DNA from: a virus
Virus record (IMG/VR): IMGVR_UViG_3300042987_003051
Location: 19,075 to 83,074 of that record
Direction: 5' to 3' (one strand)
DNA: 64,000 nt
Below the pieces are notes generated by a model. The model was given only the letters and a program-made list of their open reading frames with translations, had not been told where the DNA came from and made no database searches. This document shows positions 37,059 through 47,500 of the stretch, piece after piece. Made by a program: the position numbers and the translations under genes. Position 1 is the first letter of the stretch. The number at the start of each line of letters is the position of its first letter.

Positions 37059-37606
37059 TGAACGCTTACTCGGGAAACTTTGATTTGAATAGTGTTACAT
37101 CTCTTCCTGTTTGGTTTGGGAGAGTTGTATCTAGTGTTTCATGGCAGGATAATATTGAAGCATCACACTTTGACCCATCACAAAAGAAGGGATGGGGATT
37201 TCGTTATCGCGTAAGGTATTTTGGATTGCATTCTTCAAGCACTCAAGATTTGCCTGATGAACAATTGCCTATGGCAAATGTAATGTTGCCTGTAACTTCA
37301 GGATCTGGTCTTGGTGGATTTGTAGAAACTCCATCATTATCTTCTGGTTCAATTGTTGTTGGTTTTTTCCTTGATGGGATGGCGGGTCAGGAACCATATA
37401 TTTTTGGGGTATTGGTCAATTCAAATAATGAAGTTCCTAAAGAACAACCACAAGATCAAACTGGAGGGGCAAATCTTTTTAATGATACTTATGTTAGAGG
37501 AACTAGTCCTCAAACTGGGTCTTTTGTTCCTGACTTTCTCCAAACTCTTAGGGTACAGGATAGACCTTCATATGCTAGTACACAGTATAAAATAAATTCG
37601 CAATAA
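37058..37606 (+). CDS. gp5-like baseplate hub N-terminal OB-fold protein
   Basis: WFGRV, RYRVRYFGLH, LPDEQLPMA and VVGFFLDG..QEP motifs. Confidence 0.8.
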   Translation: MNAYSGNFDLNSVTSLPVWFGRVVSSVSWQDNIEASHFDPSQKKGWGFRYRVRYFGLHSSSTQDLPDEQLPMANVMLPVTSGSGLGGFVETPSLSSGSIVVGFFLDGMAGQEPYIFGVLVNSNNEVPKEQPQDQTGGANLFNDTYVRGTSPQTGSFVPDFLQTLRVQDRPSYASTQYKINSQ

Positions 37607-37607
37607 A

Positions 37608-39329
37608 ATGGTTTACAGAAAAACTTCAGACGGAATATATCAAGTATCAGATCGCAATGTAAATTTAGGTAGTTCTAAAGACACTAAATCTGCAGATCAA
37701 GCTCAACAAGATGCAAACAGACCTGAAGCAGTACAAAGTCCCTGTAAAAATGATGGAACAAAAGCAATACAATCTATAATTCAAAACCTTCAAAATGATA
37801 TTAGTAATATACAAAGGTACACTAATAGATTTTCAACTATAAATGGTGCTGTTAGTGTTTTTGTAAATGAAGATTCTGGAGTAGGAAAAGACATAAAAAC
37901 TATTGTTGATTTTGCAACAACAGATATTGGATCTAATATAAAAACTATGTTAGATCCTATGCGTGCATGGACTATTAATGAAATACAAAGGAAAGCAAAA
38001 GAGACGATGCCATTTCTTTTTCCTGGAGAAGTTCCTTCTTTTGTAGATAATCTTAGGAAAGGGACAAATTTAATTTCTTGTGCTTTTGGGAAAGTAATAG
38101 AGACTTTGTTTGGAACAATTGGAGATTTGTTATTACAATTTATAGATCAATTTATTAATGGTCCTTTGTGTGCGATTCAGGATTTTATTTCTAATTTATT
38201 TGATAGTATTTTAGGTCCAATTGTTGATAGTATTAATTCTGCACTTTCACTTATAACAGGAACTATTGGTGATATTGCATCAAAATTGTTTAATGCTCTT
38301 GATTTTGTTAATGATCTTATAAATTTCTTTAAATGTGAAACAAAACCAGAGTGTCCTTCCGTTGATTCTATAAATCTTGCTGGAACTGTATTTTCTACAG
38401 ATGCTCTTAATTTACAATCATCTCCTCCTGAAAATTTTAAATATAATAGTTCCGGTATTGGAACTCTTCCAATACCCGGATGTCCAACAAATCCAATACC
38501 TTGCGGACCTCCTCAGGTTCAGTTTTTTGGTGGTGGTGGATTTGGTGCTGCTGCAAATCCAATTATAAGTTCTAATTCATCTTCGGTCATTGGATTTGAT
38601 ATTGTAAATCCAGGCACGGGATTCTTAGAAGCACCTAAAGCAACTCTTGTAGATTCTTGTGGGAATGGTTCGGGTTCTTCTCTTCAAGTTATAATGGAAC
38701 CTGCAGGTATTGGGACCACTTCAATAATAGGCATTGGAACTACTTCAACTTTAAAAGTCAAAAATATTGCAATTCTTGCTCCCGGAGATGGATACCTCTC
38801 AACCCTAGATGGGTCAATGGGAGGAAATGGTAGGGTTTGGAAAGAAAAGGATGAATGTTATGTTGAAACAAGTGATGGAAAATATTATGTTGTTCCTGAT
38901 AAAAATGCTGTACAATTGAATGATGGTGATACATTGATTTGTTCTCCCCCAGCATCAGAAGTTGATTCATATCAAGTTGTTACTGAAATAGAAGATATTC
39001 TTGTACTTGATTCTGGATTTGGATATGAACCAGGAGATTCTCTTGAGGTTGTTCCGAGTAATGGATCTCAAATAGAACCTGTTATAAATGATAGGGGAGA
39101 AATTGAAAGAATTAATATAATAAATCCCGGAATTGGATTTACGGATATACCAGAAATTTTTGTAAAATCTAAAAATGGATATAATGTAAAATTAGTTCCA
39201 GTATTAAAATCAACAAGAATAAGTAATCTAGATCCAACCATTGTTCCACCAGGAACGCAAATTATTTCTGTTGTTGATTGTGTTGGAAGAATATTACCTA
39301 AAACTACATTTAATAGAGTACCAAGATGA
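37608..39329 (+). CDS. Baseplate structural protein
   Basis: Helical N-terminal half; repeated 'I.NPG.G(F/Y)...P' beta modules. Confidence 0.65.
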   Translation: MVYRKTSDGIYQVSDRNVNLGSSKDTKSADQAQQDANRPEAVQSPCKNDGTKAIQSIIQNLQNDISNIQRYTNRFSTINGAVSVFVNEDSGVGKDIKTIVDFATTDIGSNIKTMLDPMRAWTINEIQRKAKETMPFLFPGEVPSFVDNLRKGTNLISCAFGKVIETLFGTIGDLLLQFIDQFINGPLCAIQDFISNLFDSILGPIVDSINSALSLITGTIGDIASKLFNALDFVNDLINFFKCETKPECPSVDSINLAGTVFSTDALNLQSSPPENFKYNSSGIGTLPIPGCPTNPIPCGPPQVQFFGGGGFGAAANPIISSNSSSVIGFDIVNPGTGFLEAPKATLVDSCGNGSGSSLQVIMEPAGIGTTSIIGIGTTSTLKVKNIAILAPGDGYLSTLDGSMGGNGRVWKEKDECYVETSDGKYYVVPDKNAVQLNDGDTLICSPPASEVDSYQVVTEIEDILVLDSGFGYEPGDSLEVVPSNGSQIEPVINDRGEIERINIINPGIGFTDIPEIFVKSKNGYNVKLVPVLKSTRISNLDPTIVPPGTQIISVVDCVGRILPKTTFNRVPR

Positions 39330-39892
39330 AATCTAAAAATTACGAAGGAAAAACGATAGGAACAAAAGATGGGCAAATTCGGTTTGGTCACATTCATGCA
39401 GATCAAGTTAAATCATCATTTATGATTCAGGGACAGGAGTCTCTCGAATATATTGCAATTGATCAGACAGAACCAAGGAAAAGATGGATAACCTCAAGAT
39501 GTAGGGGACGTTACCAAGTTAAGTGTGGTGATGATATTCCAAAAGATCAAATCGGGATGTGGTTTAATGCAGATCGTAGTGATATTCTAATTCAAACTAA
39601 AGGTAGAATTAGAATGGAAGCGGAAAATATTGATTTGATTGCTCGTGGACCTGATGATTCTAAAGGAGTAATAAATTTAATTTCCAATGAAAGTGTAAAT
39701 ATAAAAACAAAACGATTTACATCTGATGCAAGTGAGTCAATTAGTTTATTTACAAATGGAGAGATGCTTCAAAGTGCAATAAATATTATGAAAATTTATG
39801 GTGGAAGTATTCAAAAAATGACTTCGATGAGTTCAATTAAACCACCAGAGTTTCCGATAGTTTCAGATTTGCTAAAATTAGTAAAACAATAA
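39326..39892 (+). CDS. Putative baseplate spike-associated protein
   Basis: Beta-rich (GRIRMEAENIDL); located in the gp5 region. Confidence 0.55.
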   Translation: MKSKNYEGKTIGTKDGQIRFGHIHADQVKSSFMIQGQESLEYIAIDQTEPRKRWITSRCRGRYQVKCGDDIPKDQIGMWFNADRSDILIQTKGRIRMEAENIDLIARGPDDSKGVINLISNESVNIKTKRFTSDASESISLFTNGEMLQSAINIMKIYGGSIQKMTSMSSIKPPEFPIVSDLLKLVKQ

Positions 39893-39895
39893 CAT

Positions 39896-40561
39896 ATGAC
39901 AAGTTCTAGTGATTTTGAGTTGATTCATGGTCAACTTCATGTAACAAATACGGCATCAAAGCCAGAACCATTAGGTAGAGGACCTGCGGCAATTCGTGGT
40001 GCTACTTATATGCAAGGGCCTACTCAAGTAGGTAATGATTCTGATTTTTCCAATGTAGATGCGACAATGATAATTGGAAAATTGAATAATGGCGATGTAA
40101 AAAGTTCTCCTCTATATTCTCTTTGGGTTAAATTATATTCAAGATTTCAAAATTTTGTTAGAATAGATACTTTATTAAAAGTAAAATTTATAGAAGCAAA
40201 AATAGTTAGAACAAAAATTCTTCAGGCATCTATTAAAAATTTTGTTATAGATCATCCAACAAAAGAGGGAAAAAAGTTAGTTCATACTTGTTTAGAAGGA
40301 CCAGAAAATGGAGTGTACATTAGAGGAACTTTGCGTAATAAAGATATTATAGAATTGCCAGAATATTGGACTAATTTAATTGACGAATCGACTATAACAG
40401 TTTCTATTACTCCTGTAGGATCCCATCAAGATATTATTGTGAAAGGAATATCGGATAATAAAGTGTATCTTCAAGCAAGACCGGGTATTCCTATAAATTG
40501 TTTTTATCACATTTTTGCAACAAGAAAAGATGTCCCAAAATTAATTACGGAGATTGATTGA
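39896..40561 (+). CDS. Virion structural protein
   Basis: KNFVIDHPTK..LVHTCLEGPENGVY domain. Confidence 0.65.
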   Translation: MTSSSDFELIHGQLHVTNTASKPEPLGRGPAAIRGATYMQGPTQVGNDSDFSNVDATMIIGKLNNGDVKSSPLYSLWVKLYSRFQNFVRIDTLLKVKFIEAKIVRTKILQASIKNFVIDHPTKEGKKLVHTCLEGPENGVYIRGTLRNKDIIELPEYWTNLIDESTITVSITPVGSHQDIIVKGISDNKVYLQARPGIPINCFYHIFATRKDVPKLITEID

Positions 40562-40563
40562 TA

Positions 40564-41274
40564 ATGTCATTTACATTTAAGAGTTATGGAACTTTTGCTG
40601 GACCTGGATCTCCTTTTTCATTTAGGGATGATGATGATTTTGATGTAAGTGGATACACTGATGAAACTTTTAATTTAGATGACGTATCTCTTTGTCTTGT
40701 TAATACTGTAAATGATTATGTTTACATGCACTTAGATGGAACAAGTACATCTAAGGTTACTTTGGAAAAAAACACTGGTCCAATTTCAATTTTTAATGTA
40801 AGATCTAATGTTTCTATTTTTAGTGGGGAAGTTTATTCAAATGCAGGTGGACATAGACTTTCTGCTAAGAAAAATTTTGATATACCGCACCCAAATAAAT
40901 CAGGATGGAGATTAAGACATACTTGTGTAGAGGGTCCTGAGAATGCTGTATATTTTAGAGGAAGATTGAAAGATAATAATGTAATTAATCTTCCTGAATA
41001 TTGGAGAGGTTTTGTTGATCCAGAAAGCATTACTGTAAATTTAACTCAAATCGGAAGTCCTCAAGATTTAATTGTTGAAAAAATTGAATGGGGTTCTAGA
41101 ATTATAATTCGTTCAGGATCTGGTTCCAATATAGATTGCTACTACATAGTGTATGGTAATCGTATGGATGGTGAAAGTTTAATTCCAGAATATGAAGGAG
41201 AAACTCCAGCAGATTATCCGGGGAATAATGATGAATATTCTATTGTTGGTTGGAATTATGATGTAAGGTACTAA
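40564..41274 (+). CDS. Virion structural protein, paralog of the upstream gene
   Basis: KNFDIPHPNK..LRHTCVEGPENAVY domain. Confidence 0.65.
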   Translation: MSFTFKSYGTFAGPGSPFSFRDDDDFDVSGYTDETFNLDDVSLCLVNTVNDYVYMHLDGTSTSKVTLEKNTGPISIFNVRSNVSIFSGEVYSNAGGHRLSAKKNFDIPHPNKSGWRLRHTCVEGPENAVYFRGRLKDNNVINLPEYWRGFVDPESITVNLTQIGSPQDLIVEKIEWGSRIIIRSGSGSNIDCYYIVYGNRMDGESLIPEYEGETPADYPGNNDEYSIVGWNYDVRY

Positions 41275-41289
41275 AATTAAAGGTAAAAA

Positions 41290-43830
41290 ATGACAACAAC
41301 ATTTTTATATGCTAAAAGATATTCTGTAGATAATACTCAAGAATATGTTGTTGGATTAGATACCAATGTAGATCCGCCAATAGAATATTCTATTCCTGAT
41401 GTAATTGAAGATTTAGAGGTTGATAATTTTAAAATTAACAAGGCTCTTTATGATGCATTTGCAACCACAGGTAAAGTCGGACAAGTACTTATCACAGATG
41501 CTACCAAAGTTTTTTGGAGTGATATTTCTGGAGTAGGAACTCCTTTACAAACAATTGGATTGTATGATGAAAATACATTTCAAGGACTAATTTCAAACTT
41601 AAATTTTTTTGATGGAACTGATCCTGATAATTTAGTAAAAGCAAACATAAATGGAATCAATACTGCTTTTGGTGATATTTTCATCTCTGATAGATGGTCA
41701 AAAGTAATATCTTCAGGTGTAACAAATATCTATAGAAACAGTAAAGTTGGAATTTTTAATGTAAATCCATCATATGATCTTGATGTTACTGGTACTTTAA
41801 GGGTAACTTCTTCAGTTGAATTTGACTCGACGTTAAATGTTGATGGTAACGTAACTTTTACTAATACTACATCATCTACAACAAAAGACACTGGAGCACT
41901 TGTAGTAGATGGTGGAGTTGGTATTGAAGAAAACTTGAATGTAGGTGGAGTTGCAAAAGTTCTTTCTACAACATCATCTACAACAAAAGATACTGGAGCA
42001 CTTGTAGTAGACGGTGGAGTTGGTATTGAAGAAAACTTAAATGTTGGAAATAACGCTAAAATAACAGGTACACTAGAATTAGATTCATCTTTAATTGATA
42101 TAAACAATAGCACGGCAACTGGAAAGTTTGATTATCGTCTTTCTTCTGTTGGAACCGGAGTATCTTGGAGACCTCCTGGTGTTCAGACGCAAAATGCCAT
42201 TTGGGTAACCATGGATGGAAATGATTCTAATAGTGGTTATTTGGAAGGAGATGCAAAAAGAACCATTGGAGCAGCGGCAGCAATTGCAGAACCAGGAGAT
42301 ACAATTTTTGTTCGTTCCGGAGTTTATTTTGAAAATAATCCAATTGGTTTAAGAACGGATGTTTCTGTTTCTGGACAAGACCTAAGACTTGTGACTATTA
42401 TTCCAACTAATCCAATCAAAGATGTTTTTCATGTAAGAAGAGGATGTCTGGTTGAAAATGTAAGTTTTGCTGGAAACAGTGTTTCTATCGCACATACTGG
42501 TGCCGGTGCAGTGGCATTTCCACCAACAACTGCGGATATAAATGCAGGAATATCTCATGCTGCAGTATCCGGATATTTAGATCCAGGCCCTGCAACAGAA
42601 GGCCCAACAGGAAGATGGAAGTCTCCTTATATAAGAAACTGCACTAATTTCATGACCAAAAGTATTGGTATGAAAATTAATGGTAATCATGCAACCGCAT
42701 CATCTATTGGTGCAGATTTAAAATCAATGGTTTGTGATTCATTCACTCAATATAATGAAAATGGTATTGGTGTTTCAATTACAAATAATGGATATGCTCA
42801 GTTAGTTTCTATTTTTACTATTAACTGTGATATTGGAATTTTCGTATCAAGTGGTGGATCTTGTGATCTTACAAACTCTAATTCTTCATTTGGGAATTAT
42901 GGTCTTTATGCCGTTGGATTAGGTGCAACAGAATTTACCGGAATTGTTGGAACTTATCCTCCAACAAGAACTCAACCAGGTGTTGATGCTGGATCAGATG
43001 TTGTGACTTTTGAGAATATGAAAGATGATTCTAATGGTGGTATTGGAACTGTTAGGAGACCTTATGATGGACAGGCACTATTCTTTAAAATTGATTTAAG
43101 TAAATATTCCGATACTGTAATCACGGGACTGTCAACCACAATTCTTCAGGAACCTATGGTTCAGATTGAATCCATCAAGATTACCAATGGAGGATCTGGA
43201 TATAGTGCGGTTACTCCACCAACAGTATTTGTTTATGATTTTAATGATAATTCTCAACAACCTAAAGGACCTCAGGGAATTATTGCAGAATTAAGTCCAA
43301 CAATCGACGAAGTTAGTGGAGTAATAACTGCAATTGATGTTGTAAATAGTGGAAGAAATTATTTACCAACTCAAGATTTAAGAGTTTTTATTGATGGTGG
43401 AGCGGCAACTGCAGAAGTTATTACGCAACCAATTTATTATACCGTTGATGTTGCTACACAACCCACATCAGTTACCGGAATTACTACCGTGACTTTTAAT
43501 GAATTTATTCCTTATGAATTATTTGGTGGTGAAGAAGTTTCACTTAAGAGAATTAGTCGTATTCTTACAAGTTCACATTCGTTCGAGTATATTGGTACCG
43601 GTGTAGATATAAATACTTCGACACCATTTAAGGGTGCCGTTCCCATTAAAGAAAATGAAATTGTTGCATTGGATGGGGCACAAATTCCATTTACAAGTAC
43701 AGATCAAAAAGGAAATTTTGATATTGGTGAGGGATTTCAGATTAATCAACCAACGGCGACAATTAGAGGAAGAGATTTTAGTAAGGCAATACAGGCAGAA
43801 GTTACACCACTCATACTTGCACTGAGATAA
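41290..43830 (+). CDS. Tail fibre/virion protein with a beta-helix-like domain
   Basis: Duplicated TTSSTTKDTGALVVDGGVGIEENLNVG; 'GNDSNSG...AKRTI..A...PGDTIFVRSG.Y'. Confidence 0.7.
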   Translation: MTTTFLYAKRYSVDNTQEYVVGLDTNVDPPIEYSIPDVIEDLEVDNFKINKALYDAFATTGKVGQVLITDATKVFWSDISGVGTPLQTIGLYDENTFQGLISNLNFFDGTDPDNLVKANINGINTAFGDIFISDRWSKVISSGVTNIYRNSKVGIFNVNPSYDLDVTGTLRVTSSVEFDSTLNVDGNVTFTNTTSSTTKDTGALVVDGGVGIEENLNVGGVAKVLSTTSSTTKDTGALVVDGGVGIEENLNVGNNAKITGTLELDSSLIDINNSTATGKFDYRLSSVGTGVSWRPPGVQTQNAIWVTMDGNDSNSGYLEGDAKRTIGAAAAIAEPGDTIFVRSGVYFENNPIGLRTDVSVSGQDLRLVTIIPTNPIKDVFHVRRGCLVENVSFAGNSVSIAHTGAGAVAFPPTTADINAGISHAAVSGYLDPGPATEGPTGRWKSPYIRNCTNFMTKSIGMKINGNHATASSIGADLKSMVCDSFTQYNENGIGVSITNNGYAQLVSIFTINCDIGIFVSSGGSCDLTNSNSSFGNYGLYAVGLGATEFTGIVGTYPPTRTQPGVDAGSDVVTFENMKDDSNGGIGTVRRPYDGQALFFKIDLSKYSDTVITGLSTTILQEPMVQIESIKITNGGSGYSAVTPPTVFVYDFNDNSQQPKGPQGIIAELSPTIDEVSGVITAIDVVNSGRNYLPTQDLRVFIDGGAATAEVITQPIYYTVDVATQPTSVTGITTVTFNEFIPYELFGGEEVSLKRISRILTSSHSFEYIGTGVDINTSTPFKGAVPIKENEIVALDGAQIPFTSTDQKGNFDIGEGFQINQPTATIRGRDFSKAIQAEVTPLILALR

Positions 43831-43833
43831 GAT

Positions 43834-44502
43834 ATGGCAGTTGCACCACTTAATAAGTTTTTAACCATTGCAGTTCCGGTTGCTCCAGGAGAACAGACAG
43901 TTTATACGACACCTGTCGGAGTATCAGCAATTGTTCTTTATGCTCAGGTTGCAAATGTTGGAGTGAATACATACCCCACAATAACGTTTACTCATCGTAG
44001 AAAAAGTACATCTGCAAGAACCGCCGGAAATACAAGAAATATAAGAGTTATAAAACAGGCAGAAATTCCACCAAATGATTCTTTAATCATTATTGATGGT
44101 AGATTGGTTTTAGAAAGAACCGCAATAATTACGGACTCTATCGTAATTGAAGGAACTCAAACTGGAATTGTTACTGTCACAAACTGTGTTTATGATAACA
44201 CCACAGGAGTTACTACGGTTACAACATCCACTGCTCATAATTTTGTTACCGGTGATGAGGTTACCATGAGTGGATTGGCATTTACTTGCAGTGGATCATT
44301 TGGATTAACGACATCAATTTTCCCATCACCTCAACAATCTTTTACCGTTAATTCTATAATTGGAGATGTTGGAACGTCAAAAACTTTTGTGACTAATTCT
44401 GGAGTTGTTGTTGGAATTGCTCATACCTATGTCAGTGGTGGATTGGTTGCTCCACTTCAAATGGAATTTATCTGTAGTATTCTAGAAAATAGTACCACAT
44501 AA
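43834..44502 (+). CDS. Virion structural protein
   Basis: Thr/Val-rich; 'TTSTAHNF..GD.V' module. Confidence 0.65.
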   Translation: MAVAPLNKFLTIAVPVAPGEQTVYTTPVGVSAIVLYAQVANVGVNTYPTITFTHRRKSTSARTAGNTRNIRVIKQAEIPPNDSLIIIDGRLVLERTAIITDSIVIEGTQTGIVTVTNCVYDNTTGVTTVTTSTAHNFVTGDEVTMSGLAFTCSGSFGLTTSIFPSPQQSFTVNSIIGDVGTSKTFVTNSGVVVGIAHTYVSGGLVAPLQMEFICSILENSTT

Positions 44503-44504
44503 TT

Positions 44505-47500
44505 ATGGCAAAGTATTTATCAGGACGTTCTAAAAGAACACCACAATCGGCACTATCCGATGAGAGGTATAGATATCTGTCAGTTGGTGATGCAGAACCT
44601 AATTTTGGAGACCCTATTTTTCCCGGTGATTTTCCTCCATTTGGACAACAATATCAAATTGTTTCTGTTGAAGGATATCCTGGAGAACGATATTGGGTTC
44701 CAATTGGTGGGGGAGTTATTCCAGGTTCAATTTCTGTTTTTGATGAGGGTAATCTTGTTGGTGGTTCAAATAGTACAACTGAGATAAATTTTGTTGGAGC
44801 GGCGATTACTGTAATTGGAATAAGTGGTCCTCCACCAGGGACTGGAGTGACTGTTACGGTATTTGCGCCCGGAAATAATTCTGAAATTTTATTTAATACT
44901 TTTAATGATTTTTCAACTTCACCAAAGTTAAAATTTGATAATTCTACCGGGTCATTAATTGCCGGAGATAGAATTATTGTTGGTGTCGGTGGAACAGTAA
45001 TTACAACAACCGGAGTTGGGTCTGTTGGAATTGGAACAATTAATCCAACCCAAGAACTACATCTTCATGGAGATTTTAGAATTACCGGAACAATTTATGA
45101 TTATTTAAATTCTCCTGGATCTCCAACACAACTAATTGCAAAAAATAATTTTGGAGGAATTACCTGGGTAGATCAAGGAACAGTTAGATCTGCTGCTGGT
45201 GGAACTGTTGGAAATGTTCAATATCATAATAGTGTTGGACTGGTTGATGGTGCATCAAATTTTGTTTTTGATGAATTTAATAATCGAATTGGTATCGGAA
45301 GTACGATTCCAACGGTTTTATTTGATGTACTTGGATATTCTAAGTTTACTGGACAAACACAAATTGATAATCTTAATGTAACTGGAATAGCAACTCTAAA
45401 AAATCTTGGTGTTTCTGGACTTACCACAACAAGAGATCTTCAGGTTTATGAATCTACACTACTAAACCGTTTAAAAGTTAGTGGAATTTCAACATTTGAT
45501 TCTCAGGTTATCATTAATAATTTAAATGTGACCGGAGTGGGTACATTTGACAATATAAAATTAGATACAAATACGGTTTCAACAAATGTTGGAAATTTAA
45601 TCATAGATTCGAGTGGTGGAACCACGCAAATTAATGACATTGTTTATATCAATGATTATACTCAATCAATAAATTCAAATACCGGAGCACTTGTAGTTGA
45701 GGGTGGAGTTGGTATTGGTAGTCAGTTAAATGTTGATGGTGCCGTAAAATTAGCAACTCTTGGAGGAATTACTACAACCGGTGGTGATCTTTATGTTGCC
45801 GGCAATTTATATGTAAATAATGATATTTTTTATGATGAACTTTTTGTAAGAAATGGATACTTTACAGGAATTGTATCAACCAAGGATCTTTTGGTTACCG
45901 GAGTTGCCACAATTGCAACATTAGGAGTTTCTGGATTAACCACAACCAGAACTTTAAGAGTAACCGGAATTAGTACTTTTGATGACTTTATTGATGCAAA
46001 TGGTGGAGCATATATTGATAATATTCAAATTGGAATAACAGATAACAATGAGATTGATACTAGTTCGGGAAATTTAACAATTGATTCTGCCGGTGGATTA
46101 ACCACAATTGATGATAGATTATTCGTCACTGGAATATCAACCTTTAATGCAAACACCGTTTTTAATGCTAATGTAACATTAGGAAATAATGTTGGCGGTG
46201 ATACTGTCAGTTTTGGTTCTTCAGTAAATACTAATATCATCCCTCAATCAACTGACACTTATGATTTAGGACAAAGTGATAGCCTTAGATGGAGAACAAT
46301 ATATGCCCAAACATTTAGTGGAAAATTTATAGGAAATGCAGATACGGCATCTCAAATTGCTACCGCAACAACCACGGGTATTTCGTCTTATTTTCTAACT
46401 TTTGTTGACAGTAATAATTCTCCGGCATCTTATGAAACATTATATACGGATTCTGGAATTACATATACTCCTAGTAATGATTTGCTGACAGTTGGTAAAC
46501 TTGTTGTAACTGGAATATCAACATTTGAGAATACTTCTACTTTTAATGGAATAACAACATTTACCAATAATGTATTCATAGGAAATTCTAATACTGATAA
46601 AGTTTCTTTTGCCGCAACCGTTGATAGTAATATTATTCCAAGTGGAATTAGAGATTTAGGTTCAATAACCAATAGGTGGGATAAATTTTATGTTAATGAG
46701 ATTGTTGGAACTGTAACTGGTACTATTTCAAGTGTAAGTATTACTAATGATTCTTCAACAAATGCAATCAGATTCATTAGTTTTGCATCTACGGTTAGTG
46801 GATCCAGTAGCATTTATGGCGATACTAATTTAACATTTAATCCTAGTAATGATACTGTTTCTATTGGTGGATCTCTTGGTATAGGTAATGCAAATCCAGG
46901 AACAAGATTAGATGTAACAGGCAATGTAAGACTTTCAGGATCCGTTCCAGAAATTGAACTTAATACTGGAGGGCCAAGATTCAGAGTTCCATCATCAAAT
47001 ACACTAACTGTTCATACTGGTGGAGGATTATCTTCAGGTACAAACGAAGTAATAAGAATTAATGCCACTGGGGTAGGCATAGAAACTTCAACGCCAAGAT
47101 ATAAACTTCATGTCATTGGCGATACTAACATAACTGGATTAACTTCACTTGGAGGTAATTTAGTACCAACAGGGAATGGAACTCAGGATATTGGACTTCC
47201 AGATAGAAAATGGAATAAATTCTATGTAAATGAACTTGTAGGAACCATAACAGGTACCATTTCAAGTGTAAGTATTACAAATGATACCAGTACTGCCGGA
47301 AATCCGATCAGATTCATTAGTTTTGCCTCTACTTTCAGTGGATCCAGTAGTGTTTATGGTGATAGTCTTTTAACATTTAATCCTACTTCTAATAGTTTAG
47401 GTATTGGAGTAGCAAATCCAACAGCACCATTGGATGTTGCTGGTAGGGTTTTCTTAAGAAGAAATGATACACTATTTGAAGGTGGTGAAATAGCTTTTGC

